In this document: piece by piece, positions 8,608-18,564 of the stretch
Numbering within the stretch: the stretch's first letter is position 1
How the letters are laid out: each line of letters begins with the position of its first letter
Origin: a virus
Virus record (IMG/VR): IMGVR_UViG_3300020463_000008
Span: 32,001 to 96,000 of that record
Reading direction: 5' to 3' (one strand)
Length of the DNA: 64,000 nucleotides
Position numbers and translations under genes: made by a program
Notes under the pieces: generated by a model
Database searches by the model: none
What the model saw: only the letters and a program-made list of their open reading frames with translations
What the model was told of the DNA's origin: nothing

Positions 8608-9723
8608 TTAAGTACCAAATGTAAGTGTTGCTACACCATTAGAGACTTGCTCTGGTGCACCATTCGCACTGTTTACTTTTACTCTGTACTTCTTACCATC
8701 GTGAGTAGTATCAGTCACACCAGATACTGCTAATGTAGCAGTAGCGAAGTCTGCGTAGATTCCACCATCAGTACCAGCAGCGATGTCAACCCAACGAGTT
8801 CCAGTAGCTGTTTGTCTTTGCCACTTGTAGTTGAGTGCACCAATCGTACCTACGACTGATCCAGTAGTTAGAGTAATTGTTGCTGCTCCACTTGATGTGG
8901 TCATTGCAGCAGGTTGTACTGTGATAGCGAATGAGTTAGCAGCATCTGATACAGAAGCATCATCAGCAGCATCGTCACCTGCTTGAGCAGCAGTACGAGA
9001 CATAGCAACTATACATTCAGCTTGGTATCTTGTATTACCATCTGAGTCTTGTTTGCCAGATTTAATTGTCCACCAACCAGCACCAGTAATACCTCTTGCT
9101 TTGTTTTGAGCAAGTGCAGCTTCGTCAGTGTCAACGAACATAATGTCAGCAGCAGCATATTTATTTGCAGATTTAACCACAGTTGCTACAGCTTGTACAC
9201 CTGAAAAAGATTGTGCGTTATTTCCTGTGCCAGTTATAGTGATAGCAGTTCCTGCTTCAGCAAGTGTTTTATTTGTTGCAACTTTAATATTAGTTGCATC
9301 AACTTTAATTGCGAAGTAAGTTGTACCACCAGTTAATCCAGTAGCATCAGTACCACCACCATTAGCATATATAACAGCATCACCTGTATTTAAGTTATGC
9401 GTTCCAGTAGTAAAGGTATCAGTTGCAGTAGTGACAGCAGAAGTAGCAACAGTGTTAGTTGTTGGTGCAGCAATTGTCACACCAGCAGCATCACCTGCTA
9501 CATATCCGTCTCCTGGATCTGTAATTGTAATTGAAGCAAGAGTAGAACCAGATAATACTGCAGTTCCAGTTGCTTGAGTTCCAGAAGCAGGTGCAGCAAT
9601 AGCCACAGAAGGAGCAGAACCATATCCACTTCCTAATGTACCTACATTTAATTTTTTAATTTGCCCAACTTCTAGCCAGTTTGGTCGGTTCACATGTGAA
9701 TCCGAAGTTCCCCATAAAGCCAT
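8608..9723 (-). CDS. Virion structural protein with C-terminal Ig-like domain
   Basis: MALWG N-terminus, Ala/Thr/Gly-rich; AITVQP..YKWQ..ATLAVSG..DGKKYRVKV..ATLTF is an Ig-like signature. Confidence 0.7.
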   Translation of the reverse strand: MALWGTSDSHVNRPNWLEVGQIKKLNVGTLGSGYGSAPSVAIAAPASGTQATGTAVLSGSTLASITITDPGDGYVAGDAAGVTIAAPTTNTVATSAVTTATDTFTTGTHNLNTGDAVIYANGGGTDATGLTGGTTYFAIKVDATNIKVATNKTLAEAGTAITITGTGNNAQSFSGVQAVATVVKSANKYAAADIMFVDTDEAALAQNKARGITGAGWWTIKSGKQDSDGNTRYQAECIVAMSRTAAQAGDDAADDASVSDAANSFAITVQPAAMTTSSGAATITLTTGSVVGTIGALNYKWQRQTATGTRWVDIAAGTDGGIYADFATATLAVSGVTDTTHDGKKYRVKVNSANGAPEQVSNGVATLTFGT

Positions 9724-9724
9724 A

Positions 9725-11077
9725 TTAGTCTCCTATTTTAGATTTAAATTGTTTAAATGATAATGGCATCCCTTTGGCTATTTCAACATCTGGCTCGTCA
9801 GCGGACTCTAAGTCTCCACTTTCCACCAGCTTAATGTAGTCTTGGGCAGAGTCTGTAAGATCTTTTACAAGATCCTGGACTTCTGATATAGATAAACCAT
9901 TAAAGGTTTCAAAACTTTCTGCTGCTTTTTTCAAAGCATATTTTACTTTTCCTACAGATGCTAATCCTTTTTTCATTTTATTAATTGCATTGGTAGCACC
10001 AGTGTAGTTATGTCCAGCCATCTTCTTAGCGATGTCGACAGCTTTAGCGATTTCTGCATCGGAGTATTCTCCTTCATCAATCATTTTGTTTTTGTCTTTT
10101 TTCTTTTGTGCGTACATTTCACTTTTGTTCACTGATTTTTTAGATTTCGGTTTCATATACTTAGAATGGTCTTCTGTAGTATAAATTTTTAAATCCTCAG
10201 TTGGTACTTCTTTTTCAACACCATGTTCGAATTCTACATCATACCAAGAAACAAAGCCATCGTCAGTTGGTACTGCGTGACTTTCATAAACTGGCTTTCC
10301 GAATCCCCATACAATATGTTCTACGACAGTAGCACAGTCATGGTCTTTTGAATGACAGTTTTCTCTTTCTTCGTTAGCACTTTGTGCTTTCTTTTTTTCT
10401 TTCTCTTTGCGTTTTGCTATATTCGCAGGATGCATAGGATGTTTTACACCATAAGGTGAATTGGGATGTGAATCTTTTTTAGGTCTTCCTCTTAGATCTC
10501 TAGGATCGACTTCTTCTTTAGCAGTTTTCTTTGCGTTATCAAAGTCTTTTTCTGAAGGAGCACCTTTCTCACCTTTTTTTCTCATAGGTCTTCCCTCTTT
10601 TCGCTTCTTATGAATATTAGCATATAAAGATTCTTTCTTCATCTTCATTGTTCCTTGAGATTGAATCTTTTTCTTTTCAGCTTCTATTTCTTTATCAACC
10701 ACCATAGTGTTTTGACCCATCTTTTTCATGCGTTGCTTCTTTAGAAGTAGGTCTGAGTATTTTGCATACTTGCCTTCTCCCATAGTTATGCCTTTTGCTT
10801 TCTTAAGTTTTGCTTCCGCATCCCTTTTTACTTTGTCAGCTTTCTTTTGCATTTCCTTTGCTCTTTGAGCAGAGGTCATAGGTTTCATCATGTCTTCGTT
10901 TTTGACAGCCTTAGAAATAGCTTTGCGTCTTTTGTGTAGGAATTTGTCAGAAGAATCAACATCGCCATCATTATCGATGTCTTTATCTTTACGATCTTTA
11001 AACTTCTTTTTCACAGCTTTTGAATTCACTGAATCCAATGCTTCTTGAAATTGTTGATAACTTAATACCTCTGACAT
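9725..11077 (-). CDS. Lys/Glu-rich putative internal head protein
   Basis: SYQQFQE near the N-terminus, DKDIDNDGDVDSSD, and many xxEE segments resembling gp21 cleavage sites. Confidence 0.55.
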   Translation of the reverse strand: MSEVLSYQQFQEALDSVNSKAVKKKFKDRKDKDIDNDGDVDSSDKFLHKRRKAISKAVKNEDMMKPMTSAQRAKEMQKKADKVKRDAEAKLKKAKGITMGEGKYAKYSDLLLKKQRMKKMGQNTMVVDKEIEAEKKKIQSQGTMKMKKESLYANIHKKRKEGRPMRKKGEKGAPSEKDFDNAKKTAKEEVDPRDLRGRPKKDSHPNSPYGVKHPMHPANIAKRKEKEKKKAQSANEERENCHSKDHDCATVVEHIVWGFGKPVYESHAVPTDDGFVSWYDVEFEHGVEKEVPTEDLKIYTTEDHSKYMKPKSKKSVNKSEMYAQKKKDKNKMIDEGEYSDAEIAKAVDIAKKMAGHNYTGATNAINKMKKGLASVGKVKYALKKAAESFETFNGLSISEVQDLVKDLTDSAQDYIKLVESGDLESADEPDVEIAKGMPLSFKQFKSKIGD

Positions 11078-11088
11078 GGTGTTCCCCT

Positions 11089-11331
11089 TTATTTGATAAG
11101 TTCGTCTAACTTGGCAACTGCTGCTTTTTGTAGATTACTCATCGGCTTTTCTTCTGCTTCTGGCTCTGCTGGTTTTTCCTCAGCTGGAGTTTCCTCAGCT
11201 TTTGGCTCTTCAGCAGGAGTTTCCGCAGGTGCTTCTTGTTCTACAGGTGCTTCAGTTTCCTGAGTAGCTTCTGGAGTTTCATTTTCTACAGCCACTTTCT
11301 CATCTTCATTAATCATTTCGTTCTCCTTCAT
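11089..11331 (-). CDS. Small acidic Glu/Pro/Ala-rich protein
   Basis: Low-complexity EAPAETPAEE; CTAAATA late box at 11347-11353. Confidence 0.65.
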   Translation of the reverse strand: MKENEMINEDEKVAVENETPEATQETEAPVEQEAPAETPAEEPKAEETPAEEKPAEPEAEEKPMSNLQKAAVAKLDELIK

Positions 11332-11440
11332 TGTTGAATTTACTATTATTTAGTTCTATTTTACTTTCAAGTTCTCGAATTTTAGCTTCTAATTCCATTA
11401 CTTTACTTCTTTCTGTCTCATATAGTGAGAGATAATCCAT
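11309..11440 (-). CDS. Small coiled-coil ORF (43 aa)
   Basis: MDYLSLYETERSKVMELEAKIRELESKIE..., start coupled to the upstream stop. Confidence 0.4.
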   Translation of the reverse strand: MDYLSLYETERSKVMELEAKIRELESKIELNNSKFNNEGERND

Positions 11441-12411
11441 TATTTATCTTCTTTCCCATGACCAATAGACAAATCATCATCGTCATCGTCTAGTAATTCA
11501 CGCATTTTTTTCTCTCTTTCCTCTTCTTCTTCCAAGAATTTATCTATATCAGTTTCCATACGATGCTTTTCATCAGTCCCTGCCATGAATTGTTTATAAG
11601 CAGAGTTGCCCTGATGTATCTCTTTACCATCTACTGTGGTTGTAGTTGGTCTGAATATGATATCTTCTTCATCAAAGTCAGGGATCGGATATGGCATATT
11701 GTCATTTTCGATCTTATACTTAATAACTTCAAAGATATCTCTAAGGGTTTTGACCCACATTATCTCAGTATTTTCTATTTGAGCACCAAGCATATCTTCT
11801 GCATCCATTATAAGTTCAATAGCATCTAGCGAATCTATATCTAAATCTCTTACTAGGTGTGCATCCATACCACCAGCATCCATTATCTCAGATACCTCTA
11901 ACTGTTTAATCTCAGCTAGACCTTCAATAATTTTCTTTTCAAATGCTTCTTCTGATAAGAATTTAACATAGTGCACTTGAACAGCTTGTCCTTCAGTAAT
12001 AGTTAATCTTTTAGATTCATCTATTTCCTGTTTGTTTTCTGTTAGCCATTCTTGAGCACCATCTAAATCGGATTCACCAATCTGTTCAATTGCCCAAGCG
12101 ACTTTAGTTTGGTCAGTAGTTTTTGCTGTTGCTTCTTTGTACTTCTCATAATCCTCTAGTTGCTTTTCCCTTGTAGGAATAGCCATACCCATAACTCGTT
12201 TGAGTACTCCCTCAGGAAGAGGTGCATTAGGATCTGTACTATGGATATTTACACTAGGGTTTGGTGTTGTGGGTTTGGTCAACCCACCTTGCATTTCTTC
12301 CTCTAGTTTTTGTTGCTGTGCCAGATGTTGTTCTACATCTGATTCGTTTATAAGTTCATCCCATTGTTCGTCAGTTTCTGGGATATCCACTGGACCATTT
12401 TTATCATTCAT
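11440..12411 (-). CDS. Acidic protein with internal acyl-carrier-protein domain
   Basis: DAHLVRDLDIDSLDAIELIMDAEDMLG..KTLRDIFE matches the ACP D-S-L phosphopantetheine motif and helix II. Confidence 0.75.
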   Translation of the reverse strand: MNDKNGPVDIPETDEQWDELINESDVEQHLAQQQKLEEEMQGGLTKPTTPNPSVNIHSTDPNAPLPEGVLKRVMGMAIPTREKQLEDYEKYKEATAKTTDQTKVAWAIEQIGESDLDGAQEWLTENKQEIDESKRLTITEGQAVQVHYVKFLSEEAFEKKIIEGLAEIKQLEVSEIMDAGGMDAHLVRDLDIDSLDAIELIMDAEDMLGAQIENTEIMWVKTLRDIFEVIKYKIENDNMPYPIPDFDEEDIIFRPTTTTVDGKEIHQGNSAYKQFMAGTDEKHRMETDIDKFLEEEEEREKKMRELLDDDDDDLSIGHGKEDK

Positions 12412-12438
12412 TTCATAATCTCCACTTGATTAATAATT

Positions 12439-12786
12439 TTAGTTGTCGACTTTTTTACCTGCTCTCCATTGGTAGCATGACCAATATTTAGCTTTATACT
12501 TCGGACCTGGATTGTCGCATCCATGTCTTGCTCTGAAACTCTTTCTTTTTTTAGGATCGTCTCTTTTAATACTTAGGTTGGGATCTCCAAAGCGAACCAC
12601 GACCACATTACCTTTTGGACCTTTTACATACACTTTAAATTTTTTATTCTTATTTTCTGATGTACGAATAGGATCGTTAAGTGTCACAGTTTTGCCTTGA
12701 TATTCTGCTTCGCTTATTACTGGAAGTTCCATAGCTTCGCAAACTGCATCTATAGATTCTTCTCTATGTTCTTTAAAAGTTTTCAT
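12439..12786 (-). CDS. Conserved basic phage protein (putative internal head protein)
   Basis: KKFKVYVK..VRFGDP..RKSFRARHGC..YWSC; N-terminus MKTFKEHREE. Confidence 0.7.
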   Translation of the reverse strand: MKTFKEHREESIDAVCEAMELPVISEAEYQGKTVTLNDPIRTSENKNKKFKVYVKGPKGNVVVVRFGDPNLSIKRDDPKKRKSFRARHGCDNPGPKYKAKYWSCYQWRAGKKVDN

Positions 12787-15700
12787 CTTTTTTTCACCCC
12801 ACCATATTTCTTACCAGTGGCACCACCATAACCTTTACCACCTCGAGCTCTTTGCCCTACTGTATTCCCTCTGGTTGAACGACCTTTTTGTTTGTTAGTA
12901 TTAATTCTTCCACCTCTTAAAACAGTTTTGAATTTAGCACCACCAGATTTTCTACTGTGTAGTCTTTTCTTTTCCATCTGTCTTACTTTAGGTGCTAATT
13001 TTAGAGCAATCCTTTTTACTACATGACGCATCTTAGCAATTCTTGCTTCAGCTCTTTCTCTTTCACCAACTGATAATTGGTTAGGTGCTTTCTTAAAGAA
13101 TCTTCTTTTTAATAGCTTAACTGCTAGTCGTCTCGCTCTACTATTTATTACTTGCTGAGATGAGTGTCGACGAAGTGCAATCTTAACAGCTCTTGCTCTC
13201 CTTGCCTTTGTTCTTCGTACTCTTACTCTATTTTTAATTCTTTCAGTTCTAGATAATACTTCATTTAATTGTTGTTCTACATCATCGCCCATCCATTCGA
13301 AATCTTCCATTTCAACTTCTTCATCTTCGCCTTCTATTTCTATGGCTAGTTCTTCATCATCATAAAGGTCAAATATATCTAACTTACCAGTCATAGGATC
13401 TTGTTCAGGATCGAACATACCTACAACTTTGTCTATTTCTTTATCATCTAAGTCATCTAGCATTGCGTCAGCTTTAGGATCTGCTATGAATATTTCTAAG
13501 TCATAAGGATCGTCAGACTTTGGTGTTCCTGATTTCTTTTTAATTTTATCAGCTTTTGGTTTATCTTCTTTTTCAGGAGTCATTTCCTGCTCAGTACCTT
13601 TAGCAATATCGTTTACTGCATCCTCAGCTTTTTCTTCTTTCATCGAGTGCTTCATATACTCTTGTCTGGCTCTTTTGATTAGCTTATTAATGCCGACCAG
13701 ATTTTCGCCATGTGCTCTCATTTTAGCTCTTTTGTCCAGCAAATGTTGGAAGGGAAGAGCTTCATCAAGTGATTCTTTTCTTTCTCTTGCTTTGGCAGCA
13801 AGATCTTTATCTCTACCACCCCAAGTGCCTTTACCTTTACCGATAAAAGAATTTACTCTAGCAAGTGCCCATTGAATTTGAGTTGCTCCTGGACGATGCC
13901 CAGTTTTATATGCAGCCATACCTCTTTTAGCAACTGACATTAATATACCTGCAGGAATACCAGATTTTTCAGCTTTATTTGCTACAGCCTTTTTTAGATT
14001 TTCATCTAGATATTCTTCATCTACTTGTTTAAATCTTTCTTCGTCAGAAGTAGCTTTCTTTTTTTCAATCATCTTACCAGTTTCATCTCGCTTCTCAATA
14101 CCACCAGCGAGTTTTAACATCTTTTTATAATCTTGATAAGACATAATAGACTTGGCTAGATTATAATTGCTATTAGTATCTATCTCATCTACACTTGGTC
14201 TTTTTACTTCCCAAATCTTTTCTTCATTAGCACCTTCTTTTCCTGGAAGATTTCTCATTTTTTCTTTACACTTTTTATATTCAGCATAAAGTTCTTCAAA
14301 CTCTTTTGAACCTTTTTCGCATTTAGACATTTTGTTTTTTGCTTTAGTCATACGCATCATAAGTTCAGTTCTTAATCCTTGTCTTACTTTACGAGTGACA
14401 TCAGCACCAACACCCATGATACCATCTTTGCCTTCAGACTCTTCATCTACTTTAAATACATGGTACTTTCCACCAACCTTGTCTATCTCGTTTCCTTTTT
14501 TAGCATACTTCTTAGCAGACTCTTTATCTCCAAATCTTTTTTCTTTACCTGACTCTGGCTTTCCGTCTTTGCCTTTATAAACAACATTATAATATTCTTC
14601 TTTCTTCACTCCAGGTTTGGTTTCTATATTTTTCTTTCGAGCATCTTGAGTTCTAGCACGATCCATCATTTTATCATGCTTCATTTTATCTGCTTCTTTT
14701 TCTTTTTTAATTCTTTCTTTGGTAGCTGATACATCTTCAGTTTGATTCCAAAACTTTTCTAGATCGTCTACAGTTTTTAACCATGCTTCCGATTGCATGT
14801 CTTCGCTTACAGCTTTCTCTAATTCTTTAGCTTGACCACCATGTGCTTTGCTGGCACCTTTTAGTTTTTTAATTAATTTTTTTACTGTAGGCAAGTCGTC
14901 TTTATTTAATTCTTCATCTTTCTTACCATACATCTTTTCATATTTCTTAGTATGTTTAGATTTTTTAGTTTTCTTGAAGTCGCCATCTTTATCTAAATCT
15001 CCTGCAGCAGGATCGTATCCTGTAGGATCGTCATCAGATTTTTTAGCATCTCTTTCAAACTCAGCTTTTCTTGCTTTCTTATCTTTATTAGAAACACCTT
15101 TATAATATTGGTCAGCTTCATCCATAGGATTTTTTAATCCACGAAGTGGCTCATCTCTACCTGATTTCTTTTTCTTATCTTCTTTATTAGCAACTGCGTC
15201 CCAGTTCTTCAATGTATCTTTTAAAGAGTTCATTGATTTACCCATAGGATTAGATACATTTAATTTTTGAGCAGGTCTACGAAGTGAATTGTATTTGTTT
15301 AAGATTCCTTCAGATGCTCCTGGAGACATCTTACCTTTAGAGCCATCTCTAAACTCAAAAGTGTAATTGCCTTTTAGATTAATATTTTTTCTTAATTGTA
15401 ATACGATAGGATCTACACCAGAACCAGAAACTTCATTTACAAACTGCTTGAAGGATTTACTTTCTACAGCAAACTTTCCTTGTCTCATAATAGCTGGTAA
15501 ATATTGTCTGTCATAATCTATTCCTGCAGTCTTAGCAGTCTGTAGCATTTTGCTTACAATTTCAGCAAACTCAGGAGTGACTCTTTTTGTTCTTAATTTT
15601 CTAAGACCAAAGTTTATAAGTTGTGTTGGGTTTGACATCTTCTCAGGATTATCAATACCCATAGAACCAGCAATAATTCTAGCAACTTTAATTCTGTCAG

Positions 15701-16922
15701 CAGAAGTAAATCTAAATTTATTTTGTGGATCTATTTTAAGATTCTTTTGTTCTTCTAATTCTTTTCTCATATTTGGTTCCTTAGATAGTAAGTCAGCCAA
15801 ATCAGCATTTATCTTATCTAGATAATCGTGTTTTTCCAACTCACCAATACTATTTAGACTATCTGTAAACTTCATTTTTATGATAGAATCAGCTCCAGCT
15901 TCTTCTACTAATGCGAATCCTCTTTCAGCTGCATCTTCTAAAATCTTACAAGATTGGTCGATTAATTTTAAACATGTTAGAGTAGCAACTGGATCTTTAT
16001 TAGATTCAAATAGTTCTAAAAATTTATCTTTAATTTCGTAATAATTATGTAAGTGTTCAGTTGTGTACCCTTTATAAACTAATTCATCTTCATAGTGATA
16101 ATCGTTTACAATATTTTTTGCAGATATCTGACGAACTTCGTGTAGCCATTTTTTAGATACATTGCCATCTTCGTCAGATACACTAATATAATTTGCTCCA
16201 CGATCCATAACTTCGTAGACACCTTTGTCATCTTCTACGACTGAACCAATGTTGAATATTTTTTCTGCTATGTAATCTTCTCTTAATTGAGAAGTTGGTA
16301 ATACTATTTCTTCTCTAATAGGTGGAAGACCCATACCTTTTCTGACTTCATTAAATAACCTTTTGCTGTCAGCAATAGTCATTCGTCTAGGAACACCCTT
16401 TTTAAAGTCAGTAAATTTACCAGAACTAGCAGCAGTTCTCATTTTAGTTGCTGACATTCCCTCAGCCATATCAGAATCAGGATCTCTACGACCTGATGAT
16501 AAAACTGTTATCTTGTCAAAGTTGTAATCTTTACCATTATATTGGTTAAGCAATCTCTTATACTCAGCAATTCTATCGCTACCAGCGATTAATGTTAGTT
16601 CTGTAATCTTGTCTTTAGTATTAAGATGCTTGGCAACTTCTATTATTGTTCTTTGGTTAGGCGACTTCGTTGGCACGAAAGGAGCATTCACACCGAACAT
16701 TCTCTTCATGTAATAGATCTTGCGTTCTTGTTTTAATGGATTTTTCTTTTTGTCTTCAGTAGCTGTGACATATATTTTGGCAGGACTGCCTTTAGATCGT
16801 GCATATTGAGTGACTTTATTGATAAGCAATTCGTGACCTGTTGTTGGAGGATTAAATCTCCCAAATCCGATAACTATTTTTTTGCTAGGCACTTCATTTA
16901 GAAGTGTTTTAAAGTCTTTCAT
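12783..16922 (-). CDS. Large cytidylyltransferase-like (HxGH nucleotidyltransferase) multidomain protein
   Basis: GFGRFNPPTTGHE, KNPL, IAGSDR, GRRDPD..GMSATKMR in the first ~200 aa, followed by charged repeats and an Arg/Lys-rich tail. Confidence 0.8.
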   Translation of the reverse strand: MKDFKTLLNEVPSKKIVIGFGRFNPPTTGHELLINKVTQYARSKGSPAKIYVTATEDKKKNPLKQERKIYYMKRMFGVNAPFVPTKSPNQRTIIEVAKHLNTKDKITELTLIAGSDRIAEYKRLLNQYNGKDYNFDKITVLSSGRRDPDSDMAEGMSATKMRTAASSGKFTDFKKGVPRRMTIADSKRLFNEVRKGMGLPPIREEIVLPTSQLREDYIAEKIFNIGSVVEDDKGVYEVMDRGANYISVSDEDGNVSKKWLHEVRQISAKNIVNDYHYEDELVYKGYTTEHLHNYYEIKDKFLELFESNKDPVATLTCLKLIDQSCKILEDAAERGFALVEEAGADSIIKMKFTDSLNSIGELEKHDYLDKINADLADLLSKEPNMRKELEEQKNLKIDPQNKFRFTSADRIKVARIIAGSMGIDNPEKMSNPTQLINFGLRKLRTKRVTPEFAEIVSKMLQTAKTAGIDYDRQYLPAIMRQGKFAVESKSFKQFVNEVSGSGVDPIVLQLRKNINLKGNYTFEFRDGSKGKMSPGASEGILNKYNSLRRPAQKLNVSNPMGKSMNSLKDTLKNWDAVANKEDKKKKSGRDEPLRGLKNPMDEADQYYKGVSNKDKKARKAEFERDAKKSDDDPTGYDPAAGDLDKDGDFKKTKKSKHTKKYEKMYGKKDEELNKDDLPTVKKLIKKLKGASKAHGGQAKELEKAVSEDMQSEAWLKTVDDLEKFWNQTEDVSATKERIKKEKEADKMKHDKMMDRARTQDARKKNIETKPGVKKEEYYNVVYKGKDGKPESGKEKRFGDKESAKKYAKKGNEIDKVGGKYHVFKVDEESEGKDGIMGVGADVTRKVRQGLRTELMMRMTKAKNKMSKCEKGSKEFEELYAEYKKCKEKMRNLPGKEGANEEKIWEVKRPSVDEIDTNSNYNLAKSIMSYQDYKKMLKLAGGIEKRDETGKMIEKKKATSDEERFKQVDEEYLDENLKKAVANKAEKSGIPAGILMSVAKRGMAAYKTGHRPGATQIQWALARVNSFIGKGKGTWGGRDKDLAAKARERKESLDEALPFQHLLDKRAKMRAHGENLVGINKLIKRARQEYMKHSMKEEKAEDAVNDIAKGTEQEMTPEKEDKPKADKIKKKSGTPKSDDPYDLEIFIADPKADAMLDDLDDKEIDKVVGMFDPEQDPMTGKLDIFDLYDDEELAIEIEGEDEEVEMEDFEWMGDDVEQQLNEVLSRTERIKNRVRVRRTKARRARAVKIALRRHSSQQVINSRARRLAVKLLKRRFFKKAPNQLSVGERERAEARIAKMRHVVKRIALKLAPKVRQMEKKRLHSRKSGGAKFKTVLRGGRINTNKQKGRSTRGNTVGQRARGGKGYGGATGKKYGGVKKR

Positions 16923-16970
16923 TTATGTTTTCCCATCGATTAATAAAGAGCATTTTGCTCGCAATACCTA

Positions 16971-16977
16971 TATTTAG
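16971..16977 (-). promoter_or_regulatory. Late promoter box CTAAATA
   Basis: TACTAAATA ~50 nt upstream of the 1379-aa gene; variant of T4 TATAAATA. Confidence 0.6.
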
Positions 16978-16981
16978 TATC

Positions 16982-18229
16982 TTACTTATTCCAACCCTTG
17001 AGAATTTCTGGAGAAAAATTCAAACGAGAGAACTCTAGTCTATCTACTAATTTTACAGCTTTGCCTGACATCTTGTCAATAGCCACAAATCCTTCAACTC
17101 CAGTCACTTTAAACCCATTGCGAGTTCTGACAAAAGTCTTCATAGATCCTATTTGGTTCATCTTGTTGATTAGTGTTTGCTTCGCATCCACCATTAAATT
17201 CATCAAAGTAAATATCTCAACGATTTTTTGTTTATCATTTATGAAGAATGCTAATACATTATTCTTCTTTTCTTTCCAAGTCTTCTTACCAGCTTCTGTT
17301 TTCTTGCTATCTATTTCTTTCTTGTACTTATTAGCAATATGATGAAACAGTTGTGTCACATGCTGGTTTGGGTTGGTAATTCTTTTTCCTGCTTTTATCT
17401 TAGTATTATTAAATGCCTTGATATTAATGAGCAGGTCTTTATTAGCTTGAATACCATTTACAACTTTAGCATCTATCTTTCTAAACTGTCTTCCGATATC
17501 TGCAAGTTGCTTAGTAAAATTAGCAGTTTCTCCTGCAGTCATTACACCTTGACCTGAGACATCTTTATAAGTAGCATCGTCAAACCAAACATCGCCACCT
17601 AAAATCCCAGGCTGTTTCATTTTCTTAGCAATGTTTTTACCAAACGATGCTCTAAGAGTATCGAATGTATTTCCAGTATATTCAGTATGCCAGACAATAC
17701 CCATGTGAGCACGACGAATATCATTTGACAATGGAGATATAGCAGGAACAGCATAGACAATAGTATTAGGTTGAAATGTCACCATAGACTGACCATCTAT
17801 ATCTTTTAGTTTTAAATCATTACGACCTGCCCACATTAAGTCTCCTTGAAAGATACCACGATCTGGTAGAATCTTGGGTAAATATCTCAAGCAAATTAAT
17901 AGCTTTGCTTGTAAGTCCCCAGATGTATCTTTCTTAACATCGGCAGGTGTATAATAAACTTTAGGATCTTTATTGAAGATACCTTTTTTCGCAACAAACT
18001 TTTTGCCATTTCTAGGATCTGTACCAGCAAAGATTGCTGGAGCACCATCCCATTTAACAGTAGCATTTACTTTTCCTACAGATTTACCTGCTAACAAGTC
18101 ACGCATACCTTGCATAAAGTTTATAGCACGACGAGTACCAGCAACTCCCTCATCAAAAATAAGATCTTCAATATGCTCCATGTGAACATTCTTTTGTTCA
18201 GTTAGCATTGTCTTAAAACTTTTTACCAT
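16982..18229 (-). CDS. Conserved myophage protein with ligase-like nucleotidyltransferase motifs
   Basis: KNVHMEHIED, TVKWDGAPAI, FQGDLM, EGFVA, AVKLVDRLEFS. Confidence 0.7.
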   Translation of the reverse strand: MVKSFKTMLTEQKNVHMEHIEDLIFDEGVAGTRRAINFMQGMRDLLAGKSVGKVNATVKWDGAPAIFAGTDPRNGKKFVAKKGIFNKDPKVYYTPADVKKDTSGDLQAKLLICLRYLPKILPDRGIFQGDLMWAGRNDLKLKDIDGQSMVTFQPNTIVYAVPAISPLSNDIRRAHMGIVWHTEYTGNTFDTLRASFGKNIAKKMKQPGILGGDVWFDDATYKDVSGQGVMTAGETANFTKQLADIGRQFRKIDAKVVNGIQANKDLLINIKAFNNTKIKAGKRITNPNQHVTQLFHHIANKYKKEIDSKKTEAGKKTWKEKKNNVLAFFINDKQKIVEIFTLMNLMVDAKQTLINKMNQIGSMKTFVRTRNGFKVTGVEGFVAIDKMSGKAVKLVDRLEFSRLNFSPEILKGWNK

Positions 18230-18376
18230 TTATTTTTTGTTCCCTAGGAATTTAAAATCATATTCTTCTACACATTCAAGTGCTGGTTCATGTGCCACAG
18301 AATACTTACCAATTTGCAAATTTGTACCAGCGATAAATTCACCATTACTCATTTTCATATATAAAATTTCTTCCAT
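18230..18376 (-). CDS. Small hypothetical protein (48 aa)
   Basis: MEEILYMKMSNGEFIAGTNLQIGKYSV...; fills the gap with coupled start and stop. Confidence 0.5.
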   Translation of the reverse strand: MEEILYMKMSNGEFIAGTNLQIGKYSVAHEPALECVEEYDFKFLGNKK

Positions 18377-18564
18377 TAGTATTGCACCCACTCTTGAGAC
18401 ATTCTTTCTTCATAGATTAAATCCATAAGAACATCTCTTGGTTTTTCTGAATAGTGAAGAACGATCTTTCTAGATATAAGTTCTTTCACAACTTGTTGAA
18501 GACTCATGTCAGCAACTTGGTCGCTGACTTGGTCAATTACTATATCGTTTCCTGGATGTGACAT
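18376..18564 (-). CDS. Small hypothetical protein
   Basis: 62 aa, coupled to both neighbours. Confidence 0.65.
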   Translation of the reverse strand: MSHPGNDIVIDQVSDQVADMSLQQVVKELISRKIVLHYSEKPRDVLMDLIYEERMSQEWVQY

